NCBI GenBank assembly: GCA_976226885.1
Contig: OZ320321.1
Location: forward strand, 50,468,001 to 50,532,000
Source: Iphione sp. A-MEVVRFRX5
Taxonomy: Eukaryota
Direction: 5' to 3'
Length of the DNA stretch: 64,000 nt
Each line of letters opens with the position of its first letter. Within the stretch, counting starts at the first letter, position 1. This document shows, in pieces, positions 33,545-45,200 of the stretch. The notes under the pieces are model-generated. The model searched no databases and was not told where the DNA came from. It saw only the letters and a program-made list of their open reading frames with translations. The translations under genes and the position numbers were made by a program.

Positions 33545-34700
33545 AGCAAGTGGCATAAGCATGCGCCAAATAACGTACTCGGCATGATTTATGTGGTGCT
33601 CAGGCCTTGCTCCGCTATCAGCAAAATGTGTTGTCAGTGGTATTTCCGATGGACTGAAGAAGGTTAGAAAACTATTCAATGCAATCCTGAAAGACCGTCT
33701 GACCTTTCCTGAATCGCCTGAGTCGCCTGATTTATATATTGTGAAAAAGAAAATCACCAGATACAAGAAGATCTTTTGTAAATGACCTTCTTACGACATC
33801 TGTGAGCTGAACATCCTTTAGAAACTTGGACTTTTTATGCAAATAAAGCACACACACAGATTTGGTATGTGAATATATAGCCGACCGGAGGTGGGCTGTA
33901 ATGCCTTGTGGCAGCATCAGTTCATCTCACACTAACGCGTATATTTGTCTGCTGTTATCGAAGGCCATAGGTCGTCTCAAGTATGAAAACCTAACTAAGC
34001 ATAACCTGATCTGTGGCTGACTTCACCTATGATTTTTATGCTGGCTCCTGCACACACAAGCAATCTACGGATCATTAATAATCGTGGCCGTTTTCTTAAC
34101 TCACCCAGCCACACAGTAAGTGTAACTTTCATCTCCATTGGGACTTCCTTGGGCGATGAGAATATTTATGTATACGAATGAAACAGAAGGAAACAGATAT
34201 CGTGTGGCAAAGACATAGAAGGTCTTTGTTAATCTTTCTGTTGTAACTGTCTAATTATATAAATCAGATGTATGGTTTATGTGTTGCATTTGCCAATACA
34301 GTGGTAAGAGCCCGAAGCATCTTTATATTTCCATCCACAACACCACTGAACAAATCAATCCTGAAAATGAAGAACATTCGGGAAAACCACCCATATAAGC
34401 AACCAGGGTGTTATAATAAAATTGAATTATTCTTTTTCTAACATTTATTATACGCATTTAATACGGGCAGTGCAGAATCCTCCACAGGTATTTCTCAACC
34501 GCTTGCAGGTGATAGGTGTAATTTGAGGAGGTTGTGATTCTAACTTCTGCTACACACCTGAGGAATTCAACCGTCGATGGTTCTAGGTAACATACCAACA
34601 AAACAGCACATCCACCATATGGTTGCTGGGAATCGAGAGCGCCTTCTGGATCCCCCGGTGTGGCCAACGCCATTGTTGCGATATCTATGGCGACCATGTA
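33545..34700 (+). pseudogene. Possible decayed F-box/LRR gene
   Basis: KWHKHAPNNVLGMIYVVLRPCSAISKMCCQW (F-box-like) and, downstream, GDRCNLRRL*F (cysteine-containing-LRR-like). Multiple stops; manual judgement. Confidence 0.3.
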
Positions 34701-34739
34701 CGTAGTTCTAGCTAATGTATACTTGTACTTCTATACGTG

Positions 34740-34790
34740 AGTATGTATGTATGTATGCATCTATTTATGTATGCATGTATGTATGAATAT
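34740..34790 (+). repeat. Imperfect (TGTA)n microsatellite
   Basis: GTATGTATGTATGTATGCAT... seen directly. Confidence 0.8.
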
Positions 34791-35582
34791 GCAGTCCAAC
34801 CTCCCTTTCCAACATTAACTGGATGCACTTGTTTCGGTCGCCCATATGGAAATTGTCCGACGGTGCATACTCATTCTACTCCAAGAAATTCATATTAGAA
34901 ATGCTGGTTTAGTCGGTTATCAAGTTGTGAGTTAGTGAGGGATGACTGTGCTATATGCACATGTTTACAAGTAAGAATACATACATATATGTATATGTGT
35001 GTAGTGATTGTCAGTACAGCTCCATAGAAAGAGATTTCAGGATACAATGCATGTCCAACGTACTCGATGGAAACACACAGTTATTACAGGTCAGTTATAA
35101 ACACTTGATCCGTTCATTTAGAATAACGAAATGATCTACCAGCGTATTTTCAGGACGTATTAACATGATGTATTCAAACTGAATTTACACTTGCCTGTGT
35201 CATGTCATTACTAGGAAATCTTACAATTAAAACATTTCAGACCATCGACAATAAGAAAAAGGGTCAATGTGTTTTCTTAAAGTATTCTTAAAGCTTATAT
35301 TGCTCTCTACTTGGATTATGCATAATAGTCCTCCAACTTAGTGCTTAGCAATGCCTAGGAATCTCGACCACTGATGATTGCATGTTCTAGGAGCTGTTTG
35401 TACAGTTACTGATGTTTATATAGCCAGTACTGTCATCAGTGAATACACAAAATTCCAGTTAGACTAGTTGCTGTCTGATATGTGTGTATCAATATTGTTT
35501 TCATTGAGGTATTTATAATATTAGTTATTACTACTCAGATATACAAACACTTGATTTAATACCAAATTAAGCATACAGTTAA

Positions 35583-36063
35583 ACGTCCCGATTGCAGAAA
35601 CCATCAGTTCTCAAATTGTCCGCATTTCAGATGGGACCAGATTATAGATCTGTTTAAAAGTGACTGAGGCCTCCCTGGAGCCCCAAAGTCGCACTAAAAC
35701 ACATGGTCTGTGGGGTATACCAAGTGAAATGTGTGAAAATGACCCCTAAGGCCTCCCTGGAGCCCAAAGTTTGTGCTAAAACACGTTGTCTGTAGGGGTA
35801 TACCGAGGGAAATGTGTGAAAAAGACTCCTAATGCCCCCTGGATCCCCAAATTCATGCTAAAACAATTTGTCTGTAGGGGTATACTAAGGGAAATGTGTG
35901 AAACGGACTCCTGAGGACTCCCTGGAACCCTAATTTGCCTAACAACACTGTCCATAGGGGGATGCTTTCTCCAATGAGCTGCCCTGATTGGAGACGTCTC
36001 CTTATAATGGTTATATATGGCAAAAGAGTCGGTTCTTTGCTGAATCATCTGCAATTGGGACGT
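35583..36063. mobile_element. Putative MITE (16-bp imperfect TIRs) enclosing the 82-bp minisatellite
   Basis: ACGTCCCGATTGCAGA (35583-35598) and TCTGCAATTGGGACGT (36048-36063) are inverted copies with 1 mismatch. No clear TSD. Confidence 0.55.
35661..35962 (+). repeat. Minisatellite, about 82-bp unit, about 3.6 copies
   Basis: Unit starts CT(G/A)A(G/T)G.C.CCCTGG at 35664, 35746, 35829 and 35911. The units share TGTCTGT.GGGGTATAC and GAAATGTGTGAAA. Confidence 0.92.
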
Positions 36064-38134
36064 GTCCACATCCCAGACAAGTCTGCGAGGAGACGTCGCA
36101 CTTTACACTTAGTCTTTTCTTACACTTTTGGCTTTACATGTCACATTTTTTCTTAGCATCATGAAAAACTTTGTATTTGGATGTGGAAAGATGATAACAA
36201 ACAACTTCAACTTCAACTTTAAAATAATCATGTGAGCAATCATAAAGTGGTTAAGGAAAGAATACCGTATCTACCTATATGCTGATATAAGTTGCAGTTG
36301 ATATCACTGCAAGAAATCTTCGAACGTCATATTCAGTTCAAATTATTGGTTGCTAAAGTTTGTTACACCAGACAGTTCAGATGCGGGCCAGATGGTCGCC
36401 ATGTGCCATATGTTGCACAGTATATCGAAGTAGGAAGCCAAACACGTTGCCTCAGGTTAGAGTTGGGACGACATGCTCCACAACATGAAGCACTGGCCAA
36501 GGAGCTAAGTATTAACAGCTTACCTTGATGTTACGAATTTGTGCCAGATCTAACAAGGCTGATGAGAGACTGATTGAGAGGGATGCTATTTTAGATGACA
36601 TAACGTAAACCTGAGATGAGTCGAAATTCTAACCCCGCTCTGAACGGGATGAGGTTCAGAGTGTAAATCGATCATAAGAAGCTTCTGCAGGGATGCTTTG
36701 AGGAACTACCTCTATTAGTTACCAAATTCATGCAAGGGAGAATGTGCTTGAAGAAATAAGTCTGAATGGTGCACTGTATCGTTATTATCCAGAGAGCTAT
36801 GCCTGATTCAGACAGACCTTGAACTACTCCTATCTGAAGTGGGACATGTATTCAAGGAATCAATGGAAATATGCTAGAAAATGTGACTTCAAAGGAGGAC
36901 ATCTCTCTAAATGTAGACTGTTATCATCAGACCTATGGGTGTTCGTTTTTCATGGCGACCACTGTAGAAGACAAACTGCAAAAATGTCTGAATAATGGTA
37001 TATTATGCGTGTGTGCAGACTTCACGCCTTACAATCACTCAGTGACCACCGATCACCGAACATTTTTAAGTGTAGGTGAACCATTTTGATCAAAATATTT
37101 TCACTGATGTGGTTAACTTATATTCTGAGGTGGTCCATTAGCCGTTGTCTGCTTTTCTTCTCTTTCCATTTCTTCTCTCCTCTCTTTTCCCCTCAGGATC
37201 AACAAAAATGCTCCCGTGTTTGAGTGATTGGACCAAATGGTCAAGTTACGGTCTATCCCTGGGTATATGTGTTTCTATCACTGCAGGAAAGCAGTCTTTA
37301 GTCCAATATTTGAAACAACATATAAATACACCCCATGCACCTTATGCATTGAACAGCGTACTGTCACTTCTGCTGACAATATTTGACAGTGCCTATGACC
37401 CTGATCCTAGCCAATTATTGTGAAATCACCAATGACCGTATTCTAGGCATTATTTTTGGCATAATATCTATTTGGTCTGAAAGACAACAAGCTAAATAAA
37501 TGAATACTAAGGTGAAGTTACTCGGAGGCTGACTTGTCACCAAATCATATGTAAATATCCTACCCACCACACGGTTGAAAATTCATTCATAAAGGGATCA
37601 AAGGTAGACAACTCCAAATGAATAATACATATTTTTAAAAGGCACTATAGCAAAATATTACATAGCTCATTAGTTAGTGGGCTATGCCTTGATAGAGGCA
37701 CCTAGGATAAAATGATCCTGAATCCTACGGAAACCAATGTGGATCAGTCAGGTGATGGTAACCACAGAAACCCAATTTTCCGAATCACTATTTTGGAACA
37801 ACACAACACTTGGTCGAGTAATGTATCTACAACTAGATAACTATATGGTAATGGCCAACTCTGAATCCCCAGCATGATATAGTGGTATAAATAGCGATAC
37901 CTGAGGTAACAGAAGGTGATCTAAAATGTTAAGGGTGTGATGATAGTTGCGACAAAATGATTGGAACAATCATTTTACCTCACTATGAATACAGGAGTCG
38001 TCTTTTTTTTAAACAAACTCTATCTTTAGTTGCTGTAAGGGTGGTTTAAATTGGAAGAAACACGTACAAATTATGACTAGGAAAGATTGGACACTGAACA
38101 GCATAGTGGAAAAAGAGACATGCCACATAACATG

Positions 38135-38830
38135 CCCATCCGGGCCCTAACTGGGAACTGGCTGGGATAGCTGGGTATAGGTGGGCTGAAGTAACAGGTG
38201 GGCTTTGGCATGGGTCACAGCTGGGCCCCAGCTGGGCTAGCCCTGAAACTCTCCTGTAAGGAAAGCAATATAAGTGCTTCCTGTTTCACCACCAAAATGG
38301 AGCCATTATTGTTCCTTCACTTTCTCCTAATTAAACCCTACATATACTACAACTGGAGATGAGTTTGAATGTATCATTTGCAAGGGAGAAGGAGAGATGC
38401 TGATTGAAAAAAAACAACTTTCTCAAGGTAGGATATTGTCTAGACTTTGAAGGTAAGGTGACAGAATTTTGCAGTTATCTGGATGGCTGAATCAGGAGGT
38501 TTGCACACAGTCAGCAGTGATTCTGAGTAGTGTTTGCTTGCAGATTTACTGAGGTTTGGTGAAATCTTGCACTTTTTGCCAATTTTGGACAAATGGGGAG
38601 ACACTGACAACTTTACCAGTAGTTTCTTCATGTATAGCCCATGAACAACCGATATAAAACCTATATCTAACCTTCCTGCGGCCCATGTGGGACCCACCTC
38701 ACACCCAGCTAGGCTTGCCCATGTGGGGCCCAGCTATTTCTGGGGGACAAATTTTGCTGGGTCCCAGGTGGGCTGCCCAGCTGGGGCCCAGCTGACAACC
38801 CTCTTTGGGCCCAGCTGGGACCCAGCATTG
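38135..38830. mobile_element. Foldback/MITE-like remnant with two clusters of CCCAGCTGGG/GGGCCC palindromes
   Basis: Clusters at about 38135-38250 and about 38670-38830 flank an unrelated AT-rich core. The motifs are self-complementary and repeated several times. Confidence 0.5.
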
Positions 38831-40139
38831 AATGTTATACAGGATTAAAATATGTCTATTGATGAGCAGCTATAGATCTAAAGAATTTGCCCCAACATGA
38901 AATTTGGCCCAAAACACCAGAACCAGAGATACATCCCAAATTGTAGTTTACCTATCCACAGTTTGTTGAAGTCTTCTAGGATCACGATTGTACTTTGGGA
39001 AAAATGCTTGGTTCAAAGATGAACCGACAACAATATGGATAAACACGAAAAGCCTCAAAGCATTTTGTGAATGAAAATGGCATGAAGACGAGAAAGGCTG
39101 TTTAAGATTTGACACTTCAGAAGAAAAAATCTTTCTGAATAAGTCTGAATATAGGTAAAACGATAATTCTGTCTGTGTCTAATGCACTCCATCTGCACCC
39201 AAAGATGAGTTCGGATTGTATTTGTCTATAGGTTTGCTAGGGGGAAATCATAATATGAATGAAAAATACGAAGCTCTGTGTAAATCCAAATGAATAAATA
39301 AAAGCTGAAAAAAGGTTTCCACTTCGTACGGATACCGTAAGTAACCAGTTAATAGGGTAGAACCCAAATAGATGAAAGGCATAATGGAAAGGAAAAGTCA
39401 GTAATGGCCTGGTTTGGGCGTCACCCTGGAGACGTGTCGCCCAAATGGAAAGAACATGAAGATTGATTTAAGGGATGGAAACTGGGGCACGGCCTGCACT
39501 GGGGGATGTAACCTTGCTTGCTGTCCCCAAGTCAGTAGCGAATGAAAATGTATTCAAAAGACCGTTCAGAATAATATTTTTAAAAAGACTTTTACATAAG
39601 CATGAATAACATTAACCCGGTCGTATGTCTGACATTTTGAACCGATGGAACTGACACCTACACGAATCAGTGAAAACGAGAACTGACTTCTAGATACACT
39701 CATTCCGTGCAATACTGGACTGTAGACTTTGACAATAATAATTATAGCGGAGATGCCAATCGTGGTCGTAACAGTCCACAAGAATGTATATACAAAACAT
39801 GAAAAGAAGCCATCTCAGAGGTAACAGTTAGCATTTCTATGGTCAATAATGGAGCTGTACACACTTAATTTTACAGAGCAGTGTTTAGGCACTTTAAAAA
39901 GCTTTCGTTGTACTGACAATTCTGTCAAACAGCTATTAAATTCCAAAAGATAAGTAGGCTACGTTTCCATACTTTATAACTATTTTAAAGTATCCAGCTT
40001 TCGTGATTATTCTCATCTACAAAGAACTCCATTCAACTTCACATTACACAGCGAATAAAACTCCAAAACTGTACACGAAAAATCGTACATTTAATTGTAA
40101 ATACACATCGAGAGGCAAATAACCCATGGACGATTAAGC

Positions 40140-40452
40140 AGTTTGTATTGATAGAAGTCCTATATTCGGTGGGTAGGTTGGTGAGTTTTTCATTTTATTT
40201 TTTTTCGCTGTTAATGGACCTTGAAAGCAACAGATGTATATGGTATTGTAACTTCTGCGGCTCGGACTTTAATGAAACCTATATAAAATTAAAGCTAGTG
40301 ATGTAAGGAAAACATTGATGTATACTGTAACATTCTATCATAATTTATTCTGAAGATATTTACAAAACAAAAAAATCAAATAAAAAGTGTCAATACCCAC
40401 AAAAGTAGGGTCGGTTAGGTTACCGGAAACATATTTCTTTCTAGGCTTAATT
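40140..40452. mobile_element. Possible degenerate TTAA-ended MITE
   Basis: GGTGGGTAGG... at the left and GTAGGGTCGGTTAGGTTACCGGAAAC...AGGCTTAA at the right resemble short non-autonomous DNA elements common in marine invertebrates (from recollection, not a database match). Confidence 0.3.
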
Positions 40453-42204
40453 TCTTTCATGCATATGCCAGAGCAAGGTGTTTATGTACAAAATTCTTCA
40501 CCTGAATACACGTCATGAATGGTTATTTCAGAAATAAATGTTCAAATCAAACAACAGGCGGTCAGTAGCAATGGGCGTTCTCATTTTCACAGGTGGTGCC
40601 ACCGTGGATCGATGTTAGTACCACCTAGGTAGTTCAAGTCATTGCCGCAGGTGGCAGTGCAGACTTGCTGATGAGCGCGTCTACCAGTGATTCAGAAAAA
40701 AACGATATATCTTCACTAGTGAATGTAAACTTCTAGCCCGCCCTTTTCTTATCATTCATATCAAACAGAGTCGCGTGGAACTGACGGACGGAGATTAATA
40801 GTTCATCAATAGACCAAAACACACAGATACAAACATACACAAATACCCTGCTTACGAGACCAAAGATACTGATTGCTAAGACACATCCGGGTTTTCATCC
40901 ACAAGGAGACAGACACAGATATTATATTAATATTAAGCAGTTATTCTTTCTCAACGTACGTCTGTTAATAAAACAAACGGTTTGTATAATAGCTCCTACA
41001 CAAAGATGTCCACTTTGTTTAACAGGAAAACTTCATCATATTATACTCAAACCTTTCCGGCTGCTAGTACGCTTGGCTTGGCAGTTCGAGTTTGCCGAGG
41101 CCTGTCAAAGTACACAATTACACAGCTTAAACTGTTTACATTTATCTCCTATCGGAAATCGATGAGCCATTCCGGAAGCATACTACTGCTTTGATTTCTG
41201 GTCTTATTCTAGAGAAGTGGCGTGATGTGTTTTTTTTTTGTGGAGTGATAGACAGTGTAAGCGGAAAACAAACTGACGGGAAGGCAATCTCTTAAGACTT
41301 GACCATTTGATTGAATCGAATTAGCGGGGCGGCCAGGCGTGAAGAGTAGAAGGACCACTGATACTGCTGGGAAATCAGGCCCACAGGAAGCCAGAGGCTT
41401 GCAACTGGGAGAGTACGTGAGAATTTTTTTCGAGCGGCTAACTGTATAATATCCGTTGTATTAATCTTCCCACCTTTATCTTTATCTATTTAATGATATA
41501 TGTAGGAAGGATGCACCAAGATGAAATACGACTTAGGCAGCAGAATGTGTTGTTATATTCATTGCAACTCAGTAACCTGCCATTTGCCCCTAACCCAATC
41601 TAAATTTCTTTTTAAAACACGCTTATTGCAGTAATCGTGAAGTTTCCTCGAACCTCTTTAATCATTCAAGGACGTTAACTTACAAGGCTTGGGAACAGTG
41701 TCGCACCCTAGTGTCATTGACCTGAACACTGCCAAGCCTCATAGTGCACCCCTGGCCTCCACCTAATAAGAAATCTCATTATAATTCATTGTTGCCATAT
41801 ATTTCTCTATGTTAAACATGGCTTCCATAGATGATAAGACAGATGGGCTCGCCATAAATTAACAAGGACACTGGACAAGTCAACACCATGCACGCTGTGC
41901 TACACCTCTGGTCTGAATGAGGGATTGTTAGATAAATTAGTCGAAATGTTATCTTCCAGAAGTGAAATAATTCCCTTTTCTTCTCAAGGAAACTTACATA
42001 AAGTTTTATCTTTCCTACTTGCTGTTGCATGGATCGTTTCTTTCCGAAAAGGATCACCTATTTTCAGTCGGCTTTCTATGTTTCCTTCTGCTGCTGTCTG
42101 TCTGCCTACCTGTGTGTCCATCTGTTCACACACCCTCCCCACTGTTCCTCTCTCTATGTTTCTCTCTTTCACTGCCTCTCTCTTTCCTCTCCCTCACTCT
42201 CCAC

Positions 42205-42207
<3 letters not shown>

Positions 42208-42238
<31 letters not shown>
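42208..42238 (+). repeat. (TC)n microsatellite within a pyrimidine-rich tract
   Basis: Seen directly. Confidence 0.95.
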
Positions 42239-42241
<3 letters not shown>

Positions 42242-45200
42242 CATATCCAGCTCCCTGTGTGTGTTATGCACATGCGTGTAATTAAGTAGTATGTCCTGGA
42301 CGCCTTACGCTACCTCACCCCTTCGCCCACTTGTGTACAGGTTAACGTATCTGCACACTTACACTTAACGCATAGCACCCCCTCTGCAAGCACCATTACG
42401 CAGGGCACAGAGTGGTCTACCTGGGAACCAAAAGGTTAAATACCACCACTATCGAGCTTCTGCCTTCAGAGTAAGCTGCCCGGGAGAGAGCGTGGCTCCG
42501 CTGAGCGATGGCCTACTACCCTGGTGGAGGCGACCGCATAGATCCTCCTGGCGCCACCTGTTGGGCTTGTTTGTTAACTGTCCGAGTGGCCCCCTGACCG
42601 AAACAAGCCCTTGAGACCTCTACGACCCTGCCAGCGGTTTCTGGCCAGTCCAATATTCTCCCCCTATTTTTCATCCTTCTTAGTTTGTTCACCCAACAAA
42701 CAAGTCATGCAACCTGAAGGTAGAGCTGCGACGCCATTTTGAAATTTGGTGATTTGGAGAATTTACAGAGCAAGTCTTCACTGACCCTCTATACCAGGCT
42801 CAATTAGTTTTGAGTAGTTTTTTCCACTAACCATTTTAACGGAATATAAGGTACATGTTATAAGCTGGTTCAAGCCTGTAGGTGAAAGAAGTGCTATCAA
42901 TTTGTGATATGACAGTATCAGACTCTTCTGTGATTTAAAAAATAGCATACTCCGCATGAAAAAGTCGCTTGATCTAAATGCTAGGTCCATTGGAAAACTA
43001 GCTTATCCTATAGGGAGTGTTTCTTGTTAGATAGATGGTATATTCTTCCTGATGTTGAATAGAATCCCAGGCTGAGATATCAGTAACCCCCTTTTTGAGT
43101 TCAGTTAGACGCGGGCCAGGTGGCAGCACTCCTAGTTACGACATGCGAAAAGGTAAAGGTAACATAACTGAGGATAGGGTGGAGCGAAGCGCGGGAACCG
43201 AAAAGGCAAGTCTACATAAACATCTCAGGAAACAGATTTCTTATCATACAACGAGAAAAAGAACGACTTCAAACAGCCACAAACGTAAGGGAAAAATTCG
43301 TTTCTTCTGGCAACCGAGAAATGATAATTCTGTCCCATTTCATTGTACATGCACGTGTCAAGACGTGCGCCACTCCGACATGGCACGCTTGTGGCTGGAA
43401 ATACACACGTGGAATGATGTCATCACAGGAAGGCTGTATAACGCTGGCTTCCAAGGAAGATACAACGGTTCACCATTGGAGGGATGGTAGAAACAATTTA
43501 TCGAATAACTAGTTGTGGGGAATTCCATTAAAACCAAGAATTAAATGTACTGCTTCTCATGATACAAAATAGGTGTTGCCACCCCAAAGGGTAATGATAA
43601 TGGTATTTCCAAACGTGTATGGAAGAATTTGTTTTATTCAATTTTATTTTTCAGATGATGTAGAAACACTCCTTAAGATATTATGAAAGCTTTTAATGGC
43701 ATATTGGAGAGGGGGGAAAGTATCAGCGTCTGGTACCTACCTAGCAAAACAGATACATATAAACGGTAATTGTATCTCGATATCTAAGGATAGGTGTGTA
43801 TAGTGCATTAATGCATGATTTTTTTAGATTAGAAGTATACCTTTACCACATACTTTTTCTCTAACACGGGTAGTTTAGTAACATCCAGTGATAATATGTT
43901 CACAGTCAGGAAACTAAACGTGTTCTACCATTTAGCCTCTTGGTATATTGTAAGATCAGGAATTTCTGATGCATCTCTGTATAAGTTTCTTTGATCATTA
44001 TGTAATCACTGGATGCCAGATCCCTGACTTATCACTGTAATTCTGTTTCTTTTCCAGTGGACTCCTCTAGCTAAATCTATCATCTCACTGTACAGGATTA
44101 TGTCCAACGACTTAATAGTCTTGTCTGCTACAAGACGTGTACCTCCTTGAACTGGAAGGCTGGGTACTTCCTACGGAAAAAAACAGTAGACTAGATTACT
44201 TCACAGACATTTCGTATTTTTATTTATTGTGAGCTGTCTATATCAAACATAGTCATGGCTAGAATAACAGTAAGAGAAACAATGAGGCACCTTCAGCAAG
44301 TAGTTGGGTGCCAATGAAGTACACGTACAATGAAACAGTTACCCTGTGCTGAGTTTATGTATAAATGTGGGGATGGCCTGCCCAAAGGGCTACTTAGTTT
44401 TCCTTAATATATGGTAGAATCTTAGTTTTAGTGTAATCTGTGTATTATTTATAAATGATTCGTGATGTTAGTTATTGATTCAACTTTGAATTGAAGTATG
44501 AATTGTAGCCTCACTGTATTATTCAATGATGATGGTTTTTAACTTAAGCATTATGACTGCTACAGAGTGATTCCAATATAAGTTGACCATTTGCCGTCAA
44601 TTCAGTTAGACAAACAAAGTTGATATCGATGGATTTTCCATAGGTTCAGTCTGGTACATAAAGTAAATACTTACATATGTATCTTCTTCAACTGCATCTT
44701 TACTTCACATGGCGCTACAGCAGAGAGCTAACACAAACTGATCTATCCTATCTATTTTGCGACTAGTGCAACTGAAGCCCGACCTTATTCTGCGAGTTGT
44801 TCTCTGGGTCAACCAGGTCCAGCTCACCGGTGGAGCTGCTCACTAGCGCGAGTAATAAAGAGCCTGAGAGTGACATTGATGCATGCATGAGCTACTCCTT
44901 CGCCGGTTAAAATGCTCGGCAGGATGCTAACTCCAGTTTTATCCTGGCCATTTACTAAACCCCCGCCGCGTCTACATATTGTTATTCTATCGAATTATGA
45001 AGGGTTCTTTTTGCCTTCCAACAGTGTGGCTGTTTCGAAAAGTTGTAAGTTTGATTCTGACGATATAATGTATCGTCAGGAATAGCAGGAAAGGTATGAT
45101 CGTCATTCTGGAAATCGTGTAGTCAGTTTAGGTCAAGCACACGGACAGCATCTTGAAAGTTTCCTCTCTGCACGCAGATTATGGTGAGGAAACATTTATA

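Noticed and set aside
35661-35962. Regularly spaced repeats suggestive of a CRISPR array
   Set aside because: The whole 82-bp unit is repeated with no unique spacers, there are no cas genes, and the context is eukaryotic.
39413-39452. 8-bp-stem hairpin TTTGGGCG...CGCCCAAA (similar short stems at about 20222 and about 56814)
   Set aside because: Short stems of this length occur by chance, with no associated ORF, U-tract or repeat family.
42019-42289. ORFs in the ORF track over the (TC)n and pyrimidine tract
   Set aside because: Low-complexity artefacts (LSLSLS repeats).
42551-42564. CTCF-like motif GCGCCACCTGTTGG (another at about 40645)
   Set aside because: Isolated motif matches are expected by chance in 64 kb and cannot be supported without binding data.
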